A stretch of 63,987 bases of DNA, counting the filler. It is 7 parts of 7 records of this genome, joined end to end, with 100 filler letters (N's around TTAATTAATTAA, not from the genome) between each part and the next. Parts side by side here need not be neighbours in the genome. Positions count along the whole stretch, not along the records: positions 1 to 13,747 come from SRR31147125_87236; 6 more parts are not named here. The stretch is one strand, 5' to 3'. Made by a program: the position numbers and the translations under genes. The first letter of the stretch is position 1; the number at the start of each line of letters is the position of its first letter. Shown in pieces: positions 1 to 10,353 of this stretch. Under the pieces are notes generated by a model that worked only from the letters and a program-made list of their open reading frames with translations, was not told the origin of the DNA and did not search any database.

Positions 1-1471
1 CTGTCTTGCCGATGACATGGGGCTTGGAAAGACGGTTCAGACCATCGCGCTTCTCACATCAATTTATTCAGTTGATTCTCCGGTAAGGGAGAGGTACAAC
101 GGCGAGACAGTTCCATCAGAGGATGCAACCCCGTTAGAGAATCTAACTCCATCAAAAGATACAGCTCTAACAAAGGATGCGCCCCTATCAAAGAACAATG
201 GGAACAAGAAGGAATCGGATGAACCGATTCCACTTCCACCATCATTGATCGTCATGCCAAAGACCCTTTTGTTCAACTGGGAGAGTGAGCTGAACAAGTT
301 TGCCCCCCACCTTTCCTTTTGCTTCTATTACGGACAGGATCGGGATATCGAATCGGCAATGACCCGTCAGGTGATTCTCACCACCTATGCCGTGGTGAGA
401 AACGATATTGAGATACTTCAGGAAAAAGAGTTTCATCTCATTGTTCTGGATGAGTCCCAGAATATCAAAAACATCCTTTCCAAAACCTCAAAGGCATCGG
501 TATTACTCAATGCCGAACACCGATTGGCCCTGAGCGGCACCCCCATTGAAAACAATTTAAGTGAACTTTATGCCCTGTTTCGATTTCTCAATCCCTCCAT
601 GTTCGGATCATTCAACGATTTCAACCGAAATTATCTTACGCCCATTCAAAAACAGGGGGATAAAGCCGTTACAGGGGAATTACGTCGCAAAATCTACCCG
701 TTTATTCTGCGGCGCCTGAAGATGGATGTCCTGACCGATCTTCCCGAACGGATGGAGCAGACGCTGTTTGTGGAGATGAGCGAAGAGCAGAAAAAACTCT
801 ATCATCAACGACGGCAGATGTATAAAAAGGCTATCCAGGAAGAGATTCAGAAAAACGGGGTGAAAAAGGCTCAGTTCTTTATTCTTCAAGCCCTTGGCGA
901 GCTTCGTCAGATTGCATCCATTCCGGAGGTGAAAAGCGATAACACCATTATATCTCCCAAACGGGAGATCCTCATGGAGCATGTGCGGGATGTGGTGGCA
1001 GGAGATCATAAAGTGCTGGTCTTTGCCAATTTCCTCCACACCTTGGAGTGTGTGTCCCAGGACATGGAATCGGCAGGCATCGATCACATGGTCATGACCG
1101 GATCCACGCGGGATCGAAGTGCCGTGGTCAATCGATTCCAGAATGACGATACCTGCAAGGCCCTGCTCATGACCCTCAAGACCGGGGGGCTCGGTTTGAA
1201 CCTGACGGCGGCCGAGTATGTGTTTCTCTTTGATCCGTGGTGGAATGCGGCGGCGGAGAATCAGGCCATCGATCGGGCCCATCGCATGGGGCAGACCAAC
1301 ACGGTGTTCAGCTATCGGTTGATTGCACGGGAGAGCATCGAAGAGAAGATCATGAAATTGCAGGAGGCAAAACGGGAGCTGTTTGACAGTCTCATTTCCA
1401 GTGATTCCGCATCCATCAAGCAGCTGAGTGAAGAGGATGTCGATTTTGTCTTGGGGGATAATGCAACATGA
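1..1471 (+). CDS. SNF2-family (DEAD/DEAH) ATPase/helicase, 5'-truncated
   Basis: Frame open from base 2 (CLADDMGLGKT, Walker A); LDESQ, LSGTPIEN, GGLGLNLT, DPWWN, QAIDRAHRMGQ motifs. Confidence 0.95.
   Translation, partial: CLADDMGLGKTVQTIALLTSIYSVDSPVRERYNGETVPSEDATPLENLTPSKDTALTKDAPLSKNNGNKKESDEPIPLPPSLIVMPKTLLFNWESELNKFAPHLSFCFYYGQDRDIESAMTRQVILTTYAVVRNDIEILQEKEFHLIVLDESQNIKNILSKTSKASVLLNAEHRLALSGTPIENNLSELYALFRFLNPSMFGSFNDFNRNYLTPIQKQGDKAVTGELRRKIYPFILRRLKMDVLTDLPERMEQTLFVEMSEEQKKLYHQRRQMYKKAIQEEIQKNGVKKAQFFILQALGELRQIASIPEVKSDNTIISPKREILMEHVRDVVAGDHKVLVFANFLHTLECVSQDMESAGIDHMVMTGSTRDRSAVVNRFQNDDTCKALLMTLKTGGLGLNLTAAEYVFLFDPWWNAAAENQAIDRAHRMGQTNTVFSYRLIARESIEEKIMKLQEAKRELFDSLISSDSASIKQLSEEDVDFVLGDNAT
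113..202 (+). repeat. Five degenerate 18-bp tandem units forming an in-frame insertion in the SNF2 protein
   Basis: ccatcagaggatgcaacc / ccgttagagaatctaact / ccatcaaaagatacagct / ctaacaaaggatgcgccc / ctatcaaagaacaatggg = PSEDAT PLENLT PSKDTA LTKDAP LSKNNG. Confidence 0.6.
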
Positions 1472-4245
1472 AGAGAGTGAAGGCTAAAAGTAAAACGTCA
1501 TTAAAACCCGGTTCCATTATCTCGATCAGAGAGGCAAACGAGTTGACGAACTGGATTGCAGGTAAAAAGAAGCGATGCGGTGTTTGCGGCGGAAAAACTG
1601 AGTATTACACCCGGACCGAAACCATCGATGCGGTTTGTAGAAATTGTTGTGAATCCGCCATTGAAAAAGAGTTGATTTCCAGTAAGGCGGGGGAATGGCA
1701 GAGGAATCGAATTGAAGTTGCACTGTCACAAAATGGGTTGATCGTCGAACGCCTTGCGGTACTGACCCATATGGAAATGATTCAACATCGGATGGATTTG
1801 CGAGAGCTGCTGATTGATAATTTGGGATTTAGTTCCAATCATCCTCTTTCCCATGAGGTTCGCCAAAAGGCGTTTACGGCGTGTGAAACATATCATCATA
1901 AACAAGCCATGTTCAGAAGTCTTGCAAAAACATTTCAGTATGCCAACTGGCAGCATCAGGTCAATATAACGAAGTTGTGTTTTTATTTTTCACCGGATGA
2001 TACGCGATCCAAAATGAAATGTACTGAAACCGCTACAAGTAGTAGTCCATCTGCCAGAATTCATATGGCTGAGCTTGTTAGTCATGTTGACACGCCATGG
2101 GCACAAAAGATTTGGGATAATTTGTGTCGTGATGCCAACCCGCTGGTGCGGGAAACGTGTCAGGATATCGCAAAGCAAAATAGAAAAAAGATTAAACCTT
2201 TTTCTCGATTCTCAAAGTCATCCGATTTTGTTCAGCCCAAAACTGCTCACCGGTCCAAAGTTAAGCCGGTGAGCTTTTTCGGTTTCGAAAAAAGTCTCAA
2301 TAACACTTTTAGTTTTAAGAAAATTCCGTACAAGAAGGTTTATACCCAGTACCTGAAAGATCTGTTGGAGTTTATGGATCCGGCCATCATCGGTGAAAAA
2401 GAGTTGCAACAGATGAGTTCCGATTTCCATGTTGGATTTGTCAAGTTGCTTGCAGCGGCGCTTTCCAACAAAACCATGTTTGAAAAACTGTTGAAAATAC
2501 TGCCGGCCGAAGTAGGCGTTTTGATTTATTATTGCACATGGGAGGAATTTCATTTTGTCACCAAAGAACAGTTACAGGCGCTTTCGGACTGTTTAAAGGC
2601 TAAAACGAGCGGTAATGTCGAAAAAGAGAAAGAGGGAATGGAAAAAATGGATCCGTTCATGCAAGATTCCCACGGCATCGGCGGTGATGCTTATTTTGCA
2701 GTTGAAGCCCCTCCGGAAGAGTTGTTTTTCCTGATCGGCGAGCCGTTTTCCGTTAGAGTGGATTGGGATGTGGAGTTAATCCAAAATCCGGCATTTTTTT
2801 TGTTCCAAATAGAACGAAAATGGCAAACCACTCTTTCCACTTCCGGGTTCATCTTATCCATAAAGCCATTGATTCAGAAACGGTTGAGACAACTCATGCC
2901 GGCTCCGCCATTCAATACGATCACTTATGTCGATGCCGTTGACTCAAAAAAATATACGCTCCATAAAAACGGATCTATTTTTGAGAAGCTGCCGACAATT
3001 TTGGCATTTATCGCTCAAGACAATCTGGAATTTTCCAAAAGGGGAGACAAAATAAAAGTCGGCTCATTGAGAAAAATGGCCGACATATGCGGAATAGAAG
3101 AGTATTACCCGGACGGCCCACCTCCTTTGAGGGATATCAAAACGAAATTACTGGCCGAATTTTTCATCTCAGGCACCTCAAAAAAAGATAAATCCGAAGA
3201 TGAATTACCGAAATTTCTCAAAAAAAAGATTCTTCAATATTTAGAATACAAAGACTATCGAACGTTTCGTTGCAGAGATCTACTGGAACATATTAAACGG
3301 AAACAGGATGAATGCCATGAAGATGACGATGAGAGGGCTATTCGGAATTCTTTCATGATCCTGTTGAAGATGCTTTCCGAAACGAGTTGGGTCTTTGTGG
3401 AGAATTTGGTGAAATCCGTGAGATATCGAGAGTTGCCCCTCTCTCCTTTTACCCATCGTTCGGAATGCGACAGTCTCCATTTGGAGATATCACCGGAAAT
3501 CTATCATCGATATCCGCCGGACTATTTCTCATTTTCCTGCAATAGCGGATCTTCGTCGATTCATGAGAACGGGTACGATACCGTTGCCGTTCCTTTAGTA
3601 AAAACGGTGCTGTTTTTATTCAGTGCACTCCATGTGGTGGAGGTGGCATATGGCGAGGCTAAAAATGATATCCTCTATCTCTTCGAAAAAAACTATTTGA
3701 CCGTTTATGACGGGCTTACCTATGTTCGCCTGACCGATTTCGGGGCCTATGTCCTGGGTTTGAAAGAATCCTATACCGCATCGGTCGAGAAAAAGTCGGC
3801 TGAAATCATCATTGACGAAGGACGGCTCATGTTGTCCATTATTGGGGATGACCCGATAAAACAGCTCTCCCTTGAGACGGTCGGCCGGCAGATGACGGGA
3901 TCGAGCTATATAGTCGACTATCACTCATTTTTGAGGGAGTGCGCAACGCGACAGGATGTGGAGAATCGAATCGACTACTTCAGAACCCATATCTCGAAAA
4001 ATCCCCCTGCCATATGGGAGGCATTTTTTCAGTCGGTCAGGGCTCGGATGAATCCGTTGAAGAGTGTTGGGGGAATGATGGTTTTTAAAGTGGAGCCGGA
4101 CCGTGAATTGATTACCCATCTGACAACGGATCCGATTTTGAAAGCGCATGTTATCAAGGCGGAGAATTACCATCTTCTGATCCCGCGAAAAGCGTATCCG
4201 ACAGTGAAAAAAGTGTTGAAGCAATTGGGATATTTTCTTTCGTAA
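1468..4245 (+). CDS. Large hypothetical protein: N-terminal CxxC...CxxC, HEAT-like region, C-terminal region resembling the helicase-associated (Helicase_C_3 / XPB N-terminal-like) domain
   Basis: 925-aa ORF overlapping the SNF2 stop (ATGA); CGVC...CRNCC; DANPLVRE HEAT-like motif; RLTDFG winged-helix-like end before the C-terminal domain. Confidence 0.75.
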   Translation: MKRVKAKSKTSLKPGSIISIREANELTNWIAGKKKRCGVCGGKTEYYTRTETIDAVCRNCCESAIEKELISSKAGEWQRNRIEVALSQNGLIVERLAVLTHMEMIQHRMDLRELLIDNLGFSSNHPLSHEVRQKAFTACETYHHKQAMFRSLAKTFQYANWQHQVNITKLCFYFSPDDTRSKMKCTETATSSSPSARIHMAELVSHVDTPWAQKIWDNLCRDANPLVRETCQDIAKQNRKKIKPFSRFSKSSDFVQPKTAHRSKVKPVSFFGFEKSLNNTFSFKKIPYKKVYTQYLKDLLEFMDPAIIGEKELQQMSSDFHVGFVKLLAAALSNKTMFEKLLKILPAEVGVLIYYCTWEEFHFVTKEQLQALSDCLKAKTSGNVEKEKEGMEKMDPFMQDSHGIGGDAYFAVEAPPEELFFLIGEPFSVRVDWDVELIQNPAFFLFQIERKWQTTLSTSGFILSIKPLIQKRLRQLMPAPPFNTITYVDAVDSKKYTLHKNGSIFEKLPTILAFIAQDNLEFSKRGDKIKVGSLRKMADICGIEEYYPDGPPPLRDIKTKLLAEFFISGTSKKDKSEDELPKFLKKKILQYLEYKDYRTFRCRDLLEHIKRKQDECHEDDDERAIRNSFMILLKMLSETSWVFVENLVKSVRYRELPLSPFTHRSECDSLHLEISPEIYHRYPPDYFSFSCNSGSSSIHENGYDTVAVPLVKTVLFLFSALHVVEVAYGEAKNDILYLFEKNYLTVYDGLTYVRLTDFGAYVLGLKESYTASVEKKSAEIIIDEGRLMLSIIGDDPIKQLSLETVGRQMTGSSYIVDYHSFLRECATRQDVENRIDYFRTHISKNPPAIWEAFFQSVRARMNPLKSVGGMMVFKVEPDRELITHLTTDPILKAHVIKAENYHLLIPRKAYPTVKKVLKQLGYFLS

Positions 4246-4301
4246 AATAAGGATATACGAACTATGTCGAATTCAAAATTGGTAAATTACTGCTTAACTT
4301 T

Positions 4302-4394
4302 AAAAAAGGGAAGCAGACGGTACAGTTGACATGTCCCAAGGTAACGGCAGGACTGAATTTGATAAAAGGACTCGTCTCTGCTTCCATTTTTTTT
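4302..4394. terminator. Probable bidirectional terminator with a large structured loop between convergent genes
   Basis: A6, GGAAGCAGA (4309-4317) pairing with TCTGCTTCC (4377-4385), then T8. Confidence 0.45.
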
Positions 4395-4404
4395 CGCTTT
4401 TGCA

Positions 4405-5607
4405 CTACAGATTGAATTGTTTTACCGCTTTGTCACATAGAAATTCACCAATCGGGATGGCTGAGGTGGCTGCCGGTGACGGAGCATTGCAGACATGCAA
4501 GGATCTGGAAGTCTCGGCAAAGAGAAAATCATGGGCCAGACTGCCGTCGGACAAAACCGCCTGAGCTCGGATGCCTGCCGGATAAGGTGCCAGATCAGCA
4601 CATTTCAATTGGGAACAATATTTTTTGACCCGCTCAAGATATCCCGGCATATAGAGAGAGTCGAGTGTTTCTAAAATACCGGTCTTCATATTTTCTGAGA
4701 GGACTGTCCAGAACCCTTGGAATGAAACCATTTCAAAAATATCCCGAAGATCGATATTCACCTTTCCATACCCTTCCCGCTTCCATCCCAAAACGGCGTT
4801 GGGGCCGACCGTGACGGAACCGTCAATCATTCGCGTCAGGTGGACGCCTAAAAAGGGAAGATTCGGGTCAGGCACCGGATAGATCAGGTGATTGACAATT
4901 AAATTGTGCGCGGGCTTTAGTCGAAAATATTCCCCTCTAAAGGGGATGATCCTAAAGTCGATCTCGATGCCCATCATCCGGGCCAGGCGATCAGCCATCA
5001 ACCCGCCGCAGGCAATCATGTATCGACATTCCATCTCTTCGCCGTCGGCCGTCACACGGGTTGTATCCTCTTCTTCCCGAATGCGTTCCACTTCACAGTT
5101 TTGTCTGATCGTTCCCCCAAGGCTCACAAAGAGCCGGGCCATTTTTTCAGTAATTTTACAATAATCGGTGATACCGGTGCTCGCCACAAACAGCGCCCCC
5201 AATCCGTTGATATTGGGCTCTTTCTTCTTTAGCTCCGCCTCCGTCAACCGCTCGACACCGATGCGGTTCCGTACGCACCTTTCCTGTAGCGCTCCCAGTC
5301 GATCCAGTTCAATGTCGGAGGTGGCCACCAGCAGCTTTCCGCATTGAATGTATGGTAGATTGTGTTCCTTGCAAAATTCGCGGGTCGCTATTTCGCCGCG
5401 CCTGCAGAAATCCGCTTTCAAGCTGCCGGGTTGGTAATAGACTCCGGCATGAACCACACCGGAGTTATGGCCGGTTTGATGTCCGGCAAGGTTGTTTTCT
5501 TTTTCCATCAAGAGTACGGAAAGGTCCGGGTATCGTTTTTTTAATTGTAGGGCCGTCGATACGCCCACGATGCCGCCACCGATGATCATTAGGTCAAATT
5601 TCGGCAT
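4405..5607 (-). CDS. lhgO: L-2-hydroxyglutarate oxidase/dehydrogenase (FAD)
   Basis: GGGIVG, HQTGHNSGVVHAGVYY, PFLGVHLT, NAPSPAATS family motifs. Confidence 0.93.
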   Translation of the reverse strand: MPKFDLMIIGGGIVGVSTALQLKKRYPDLSVLLMEKENNLAGHQTGHNSGVVHAGVYYQPGSLKADFCRRGEIATREFCKEHNLPYIQCGKLLVATSDIELDRLGALQERCVRNRIGVERLTEAELKKKEPNINGLGALFVASTGITDYCKITEKMARLFVSLGGTIRQNCEVERIREEEDTTRVTADGEEMECRYMIACGGLMADRLARMMGIEIDFRIIPFRGEYFRLKPAHNLIVNHLIYPVPDPNLPFLGVHLTRMIDGSVTVGPNAVLGWKREGYGKVNIDLRDIFEMVSFQGFWTVLSENMKTGILETLDSLYMPGYLERVKKYCSQLKCADLAPYPAGIRAQAVLSDGSLAHDFLFAETSRSLHVCNAPSPAATSAIPIGEFLCDKAVKQFNL

Positions 5608-5660
5608 TCTATCTTTTTTATCTCCTCATGCTTGGTTCCTACTATTTTTCATGGATGTCA

Positions 5661-6953
5661 TTAGTTGGAGCCTGAAAGTGCTTCCGTCAACAGTTCCAGT
5701 AAGTGAATCGCCTCCATAGAGAGTCCGGCATGGTTGATGCTGTCTTGAAGTTGAATCATACATCCCGGACAGGCGGTAACCACTTTGGAGGCGCCGCTTT
5801 CTTGTAATCCCGCTATTTTTCGGGCACCGATGGCTTTGCTCTCTTCATAATGATGGACCGAAAAGGTGCCCCCCAGACCGCAACATTGGGACGCCCCTTC
5901 CATCTCCACAAAGGTGACGTTGGGCAGGGCTTTCAATAGTTGCCGGGGCGCTTTTGTGATGCCTTGGATTTTCAGATGGCAGGGATCGTGCCAGGTGACT
6001 GTCGTCGGTTCCGGCCATTTTTCAATATTTGAAAGGGTTTCAAACAGTCCTTCCCGTTCCAGAAAAACGCTGAAATCCATCACTTTGTTGGTAAATGCCT
6101 TGAGTGAATTATCACCATTTTTGTCCGGTGTCATGGTGGCGTAGTACTCTTTGATCCCACCGTTGCACGACGCGCAAGCGGTTAAAATGACATCCACGGA
6201 TTGTCCTGAAAACGCATTGATATTTTGGGCACAAAGCGTCTCCACCTGTTTTCCCAAACCGGACGATAGGGCTGGAATGCCGCAACATCCTTGGGCTTTA
6301 GGCGTGTAGACCGAGTATCCCATCTTTGATAGTAACGTCACCATCTGCTTACCGATGTGGGGATAGATATAGGTGAGCGAACACCCGGCAAAAAAGCCTA
6401 CCACGGGTTTTCCTGATTTCCCCTGGATGAACTCCGGAATCTGTTCAAATAGATGATTCAACGCCGGTTTGGGGACGGTTCTATCTTCCATGCCTGATCC
6501 GGAGAAGGGAAGGGGAAAGCGAAGTCGCATTCCACTGGACTTAGGTATCTCCTTTAGCGCCAATGGGGATAGCAGCGCTCCCCCTTTGGAGAGAATGCGC
6601 ATGAGGGATTGTGAACCTAAAATTGAGGAAATCCCTCGTTTCATCGGGGTGAGCCCTTTGTTATCGGTGATCTTCCGGCGGATTGCACCGACAATGTCCG
6701 GGGTGGGCACGCTGTTAGGGCAGTGGGCCGTACAGGATCCACACATCAGACACATGCCGATGTCCTGGTCCAACCGATCTTCAAGCCCGGTATCGCCGTC
6801 CAGCAGGGCCGCGGCAAGGGCGATCTTGCCACGGGCGACGGCACCTTCCTTTTTGCTCACCAGATAGGCAGGACAGTGGGCCTGGCATGCACCGCATTTG
6901 ACGCATTCTCGGATGATTGTTTCAAATTCCTCTAAACGCTTATTTTTACCCAT
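5661..6953 (-). CDS. glcF: GlcF-type Fe-S subunit (2x 4Fe-4S plus CCG domains)
   Basis: CVKCGACQAHCP, CLMCGSCTAHCP, CCG motifs, HDPCHL, ACPGC. Confidence 0.88.
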   Translation of the reverse strand: MGKNKRLEEFETIIRECVKCGACQAHCPAYLVSKKEGAVARGKIALAAALLDGDTGLEDRLDQDIGMCLMCGSCTAHCPNSVPTPDIVGAIRRKITDNKGLTPMKRGISSILGSQSLMRILSKGGALLSPLALKEIPKSSGMRLRFPLPFSGSGMEDRTVPKPALNHLFEQIPEFIQGKSGKPVVGFFAGCSLTYIYPHIGKQMVTLLSKMGYSVYTPKAQGCCGIPALSSGLGKQVETLCAQNINAFSGQSVDVILTACASCNGGIKEYYATMTPDKNGDNSLKAFTNKVMDFSVFLEREGLFETLSNIEKWPEPTTVTWHDPCHLKIQGITKAPRQLLKALPNVTFVEMEGASQCCGLGGTFSVHHYEESKAIGARKIAGLQESGASKVVTACPGCMIQLQDSINHAGLSMEAIHLLELLTEALSGSN

Positions 6954-8337
6954 GGTTGAGAAAAATCTTTCCGGGATTCAGGATCTTGTTGGGATCCAGA
7001 GCCGCTTTGATCCGTTGCATATATTTAATGGTGGGAGTGTTGAGGTTCATTTTTAGATATTCCGATTTTTCCGTACCGATACCGTGTTCGCCTGAAATGG
7101 CACCTTCCAGATCCACAGTGGCTTGGAAGATTTTTTTCATGACGATCTCCACGGTCTCTTTCATTCCCGGTTCTTTTAAATCCACCATGACATTGACATG
7201 GATGTTGCCGTCACCGGCATGACCGAAGTTGACAATGGGGACGTTGTATTTTTTGGAGAGTGCCTCAAGGGTCCGAATCATTTCCGGTACTTTTGAGCGG
7301 GGTACCACGATATCCTCATTGAATTTGTCCGGGTTGAGTTTCCGAAGACTCGGCGAAACGATCCTGCGCGTTTGCCAAATCTCTTCAGATTCTTCTTCGG
7401 TTTGGGCGATCCGTGTGTCCAGCGAGCCATGGGATTTTGTGATATCCAGGATTTTTTCCGCCTGACGTTGAAGCACGTCACGCTCTCCGTCCACTTCGAT
7501 GATTAAAATAGCCTGACAATTGTCAGGTAGGGGGATCGGGCTTTTATCTCGAATACACTGGATGGTGGAGGCATCCATGAATTCCAGCGTTGCGGGGATG
7601 ATTTTCGCACCGATTATGGCTGAAACCGATTGGGCTGCGCCATCAATCGCATCGAACTGAACCAGCATGGTCTTTTTGGCTTCGGGTTTCGGCACAAGCT
7701 TCAATATGATTTTGGTGATGATTCCAAGGGTGCCTTCAGAGCCCACGAAAAGCCGAGTCAGATCATAGCCCACTACGTTTTTGAGCGTTTTTCCACCGGT
7801 TTCGATGATATCACCGGTAGGGGTCACCACTTGGAGACCCAGGATATAGTCTTTGGTGACACCATATTTAACGCAGCGCGGCCCACCGGCACATTCGGCC
7901 ACATTACCGCCCAATGTACTGAACTCTTTGGATGCCGGATCCGGCGGGTAAAAAAGTCCTAGTTTTTCCACCGCCTTTTGTAACACGGCCGTCACGACAC
8001 CGGGCTCAACCACGGCGGTGAGATTATCCGTATCAATATCCAGGATTTTATCCATGCGGGTGAGAGCAAGGACGATCCCTCCCTTTAGTGGAAGCGTACC
8101 CCCTGTGGCACCACTTCCAGCCCCCCTGGGAAGGATGGGAACATTAAATTGGTTGGCAAGCGTTACCACTTGGCTCACTTCTTCTACAGAGCCGGCATGA
8201 ACCACCACATCCGGTAGAAATTTTTTCTGGGTGGCGTCGTAGGAATGGGTGATTCGGTCCGGCAGGGAGGTGAAAACATGTTCTTTACCCACGATAGCCG
8301 TTAGTTTCCCAGTGATTTTTTCAATTGTTGCATCCAT
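6946..8337 (-). CDS. glcD: GlcD-type FAD-linked 2-hydroxyacid dehydrogenase subunit
   Basis: PRGAGSG, YPPDPAS, GSEGTLG, GHAGDGNIH, GEHGIG, LNPGK. Confidence 0.9.
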   Translation of the reverse strand: MDATIEKITGKLTAIVGKEHVFTSLPDRITHSYDATQKKFLPDVVVHAGSVEEVSQVVTLANQFNVPILPRGAGSGATGGTLPLKGGIVLALTRMDKILDIDTDNLTAVVEPGVVTAVLQKAVEKLGLFYPPDPASKEFSTLGGNVAECAGGPRCVKYGVTKDYILGLQVVTPTGDIIETGGKTLKNVVGYDLTRLFVGSEGTLGIITKIILKLVPKPEAKKTMLVQFDAIDGAAQSVSAIIGAKIIPATLEFMDASTIQCIRDKSPIPLPDNCQAILIIEVDGERDVLQRQAEKILDITKSHGSLDTRIAQTEEESEEIWQTRRIVSPSLRKLNPDKFNEDIVVPRSKVPEMIRTLEALSKKYNVPIVNFGHAGDGNIHVNVMVDLKEPGMKETVEIVMKKIFQATVDLEGAISGEHGIGTEKSEYLKMNLNTPTIKYMQRIKAALDPNKILNPGKIFLNHG

Positions 8338-8645
8338 TGTTTTATCCTCCAGTTACTGGCTGTGGCAGATTAATCTGCTTTAACGGAAGATGAAATACTC
8401 TTTATTGAGATAAATTGGAAGTTTTTTCATTTTGAATCGATTGTCTGAAAAAAGCAATTGAGAGTAAAGATAACAATTTCATTATTTATCTCGTCCGCTA
8501 TCGGAAATTATAATGAAAATATTTGACTCATGGAAGGCAGCAGAATATGATTTAAGCGGCTGATTTGGCCAAGAATCGTGTAAATTAGTAATATCAGACA
8601 GGGCGTGATATATGACCAAAGCCCGGATATGGAGGCAAAAACAGC

Positions 8646-8936
8646 ATGAATCTGAATTTGGATAGTTTTACGCTTACCGGTATTGTCATGTGGTGTGCCA
8701 GTTTATGCATTCTGCTATTTCAAGGGATTGCAACGGCAATGGAGAAAGGGGAAGAGTTCACAAACATCATCCTTTGTGACTTTGCCTATGATTTGTTTGA
8801 TGCGATATCTCTTAAAATTCCTTTTGCATTTTTGCAAAACGGGTTTGATTATGTGGTTTTCGAGATGTCTCTCTATCTTCTTTTGATGATCGTGGGAACG
8901 TTTTTTCTTGTTCTGGGAATGTTTGTCAAGGATTAA
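8646..8936 (+). CDS. Small hypothetical membrane protein (2 TM)
   Basis: 96-aa ORF, GGAGG RBS upstream, hydrophobic segments at both ends. Confidence 0.7.
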   Translation: MNLNLDSFTLTGIVMWCASLCILLFQGIATAMEKGEEFTNIILCDFAYDLFDAISLKIPFAFLQNGFDYVVFEMSLYLLLMIVGTFFLVLGMFVKD

Positions 8937-8979
8937 GGAGCAATAAGATGGTAAAAAAAATGCGTCTGCCGTTTCCGAT

Positions 8980-10335
8980 ATGAATCTGGAACACTCGGAT
9001 AAAAAATCAAATGGTAAAACGGACATCAGCCGTCGACAGTTTTTACGCTATACGGCCCTTGCCGGTGTGGGCGTTGTTTTACCATCTATTCATTCCGGTT
9101 GTGCGGTCAATCCGGTGACCGGTAAAAAACAGTGGATGCTGATGTCCGAGCAGACGGAGATCAGCATCGACAAACAGCAATCTCCCCATCAGTTTTCCGC
9201 AGATTACGGGGTGGCTCAGGATGGGGCGCTGAACGGCTACATCAGTGAAATCGGAAATAAGCTGGCAACCCGAACCCATCGAACCCACATGCCTTACTCT
9301 TTTCGATGCGTCAATGCAACCTACATAAATGCCTATGCATTTCCCGGGGGATCCATTGCCGTGACCCGGGGGATCTTACTGGAGCTTGAAAACGAGGCCG
9401 AACTGGCCGCGCTGTTAGGACATGAGCTGGGCCACGTCAATGCACGGCATAGTGCCGAGCAGATGTCCAAAGGGACACTGTCGTCGGTACTGGTGGGTGG
9501 AATCGCAGCTGCCATCGGTAGTAAAAATTCCCAGATGGGGCAGCTGGCTCAGCAACTCGGCATGTTGGGACAGGGTGTTTTATTGGCTAGTTACAGTAGA
9601 GACAATGAGCGGGAGGCCGACGCTCTTGGAAATCGCTATATGGTCGATGCCGGATATTCCACGGACGGCTTTGTGGGGTTGATGTCTCTTCTCAACGACA
9701 TGAACAAGGGGCACAATGCTTCGGCACAGATGCTGTTTTCCACCCATCCCATGGGATCGGAGCGGTACGAGACCGCCGTTCAAAGCGCGCAGGGGCAATA
9801 TAAAAATACCCGCTCCATGCCCTTGAACCGGGAGCGATACATGGATATGACAGCACGACTTAGAGCAAAAAAATCCATGATTAAAACGCTGCAGGAGGCA
9901 GACACTTTGATGGCTAAGGAAAAGTACAACGATGCGGAAGGGAAGATCAAAAAGGCAATTCGTATTGATGGAAACGACTATACGGCGCGGTTGATGATGG
10001 CCAAATGTCTTCTTATGAAGAAAGATTACAAAAACGCTCAAAGATATGCAAATCAAGCCAGTCATCGTTATCCGTCAGAAGCCCAAGCCTATCATGTCGG
10101 CGGATTTGCATCGATACAGATGAAAAAGTACGATGACGCCTTAGATGCCTTTAACCGGTATGAACAGATTCTCCCCGGTACGCCCGGTACGCTCTTTTTC
10201 AGAGGGTACGCGTTGGAAGGGATGAAGCGGATTGATCAATCTGCCAAGCAATATCAAAATTATCTCCAGCAAGTTCAGCAGGGCGATTATGCAAAACATG
10301 CCTATCAGCGTCTCAAAGAGTGGGGATATTTGTGA
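8980..10335 (+). CDS. M48 (BepA-like) zinc metalloprotease with C-terminal TPRs; Tat-type lipoprotein
   Basis: SRRQFL twin-arginine signal, SGC lipobox, NAYAFPGG, HELGH, EREAD, STHP. Confidence 0.9.
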   Translation: MNLEHSDKKSNGKTDISRRQFLRYTALAGVGVVLPSIHSGCAVNPVTGKKQWMLMSEQTEISIDKQQSPHQFSADYGVAQDGALNGYISEIGNKLATRTHRTHMPYSFRCVNATYINAYAFPGGSIAVTRGILLELENEAELAALLGHELGHVNARHSAEQMSKGTLSSVLVGGIAAAIGSKNSQMGQLAQQLGMLGQGVLLASYSRDNEREADALGNRYMVDAGYSTDGFVGLMSLLNDMNKGHNASAQMLFSTHPMGSERYETAVQSAQGQYKNTRSMPLNRERYMDMTARLRAKKSMIKTLQEADTLMAKEKYNDAEGKIKKAIRIDGNDYTARLMMAKCLLMKKDYKNAQRYANQASHRYPSEAQAYHVGGFASIQMKKYDDALDAFNRYEQILPGTPGTLFFRGYALEGMKRIDQSAKQYQNYLQQVQQGDYAKHAYQRLKEWGYL

Positions 10336-10353
10336 TTTTCAAGCAGTGCAACG

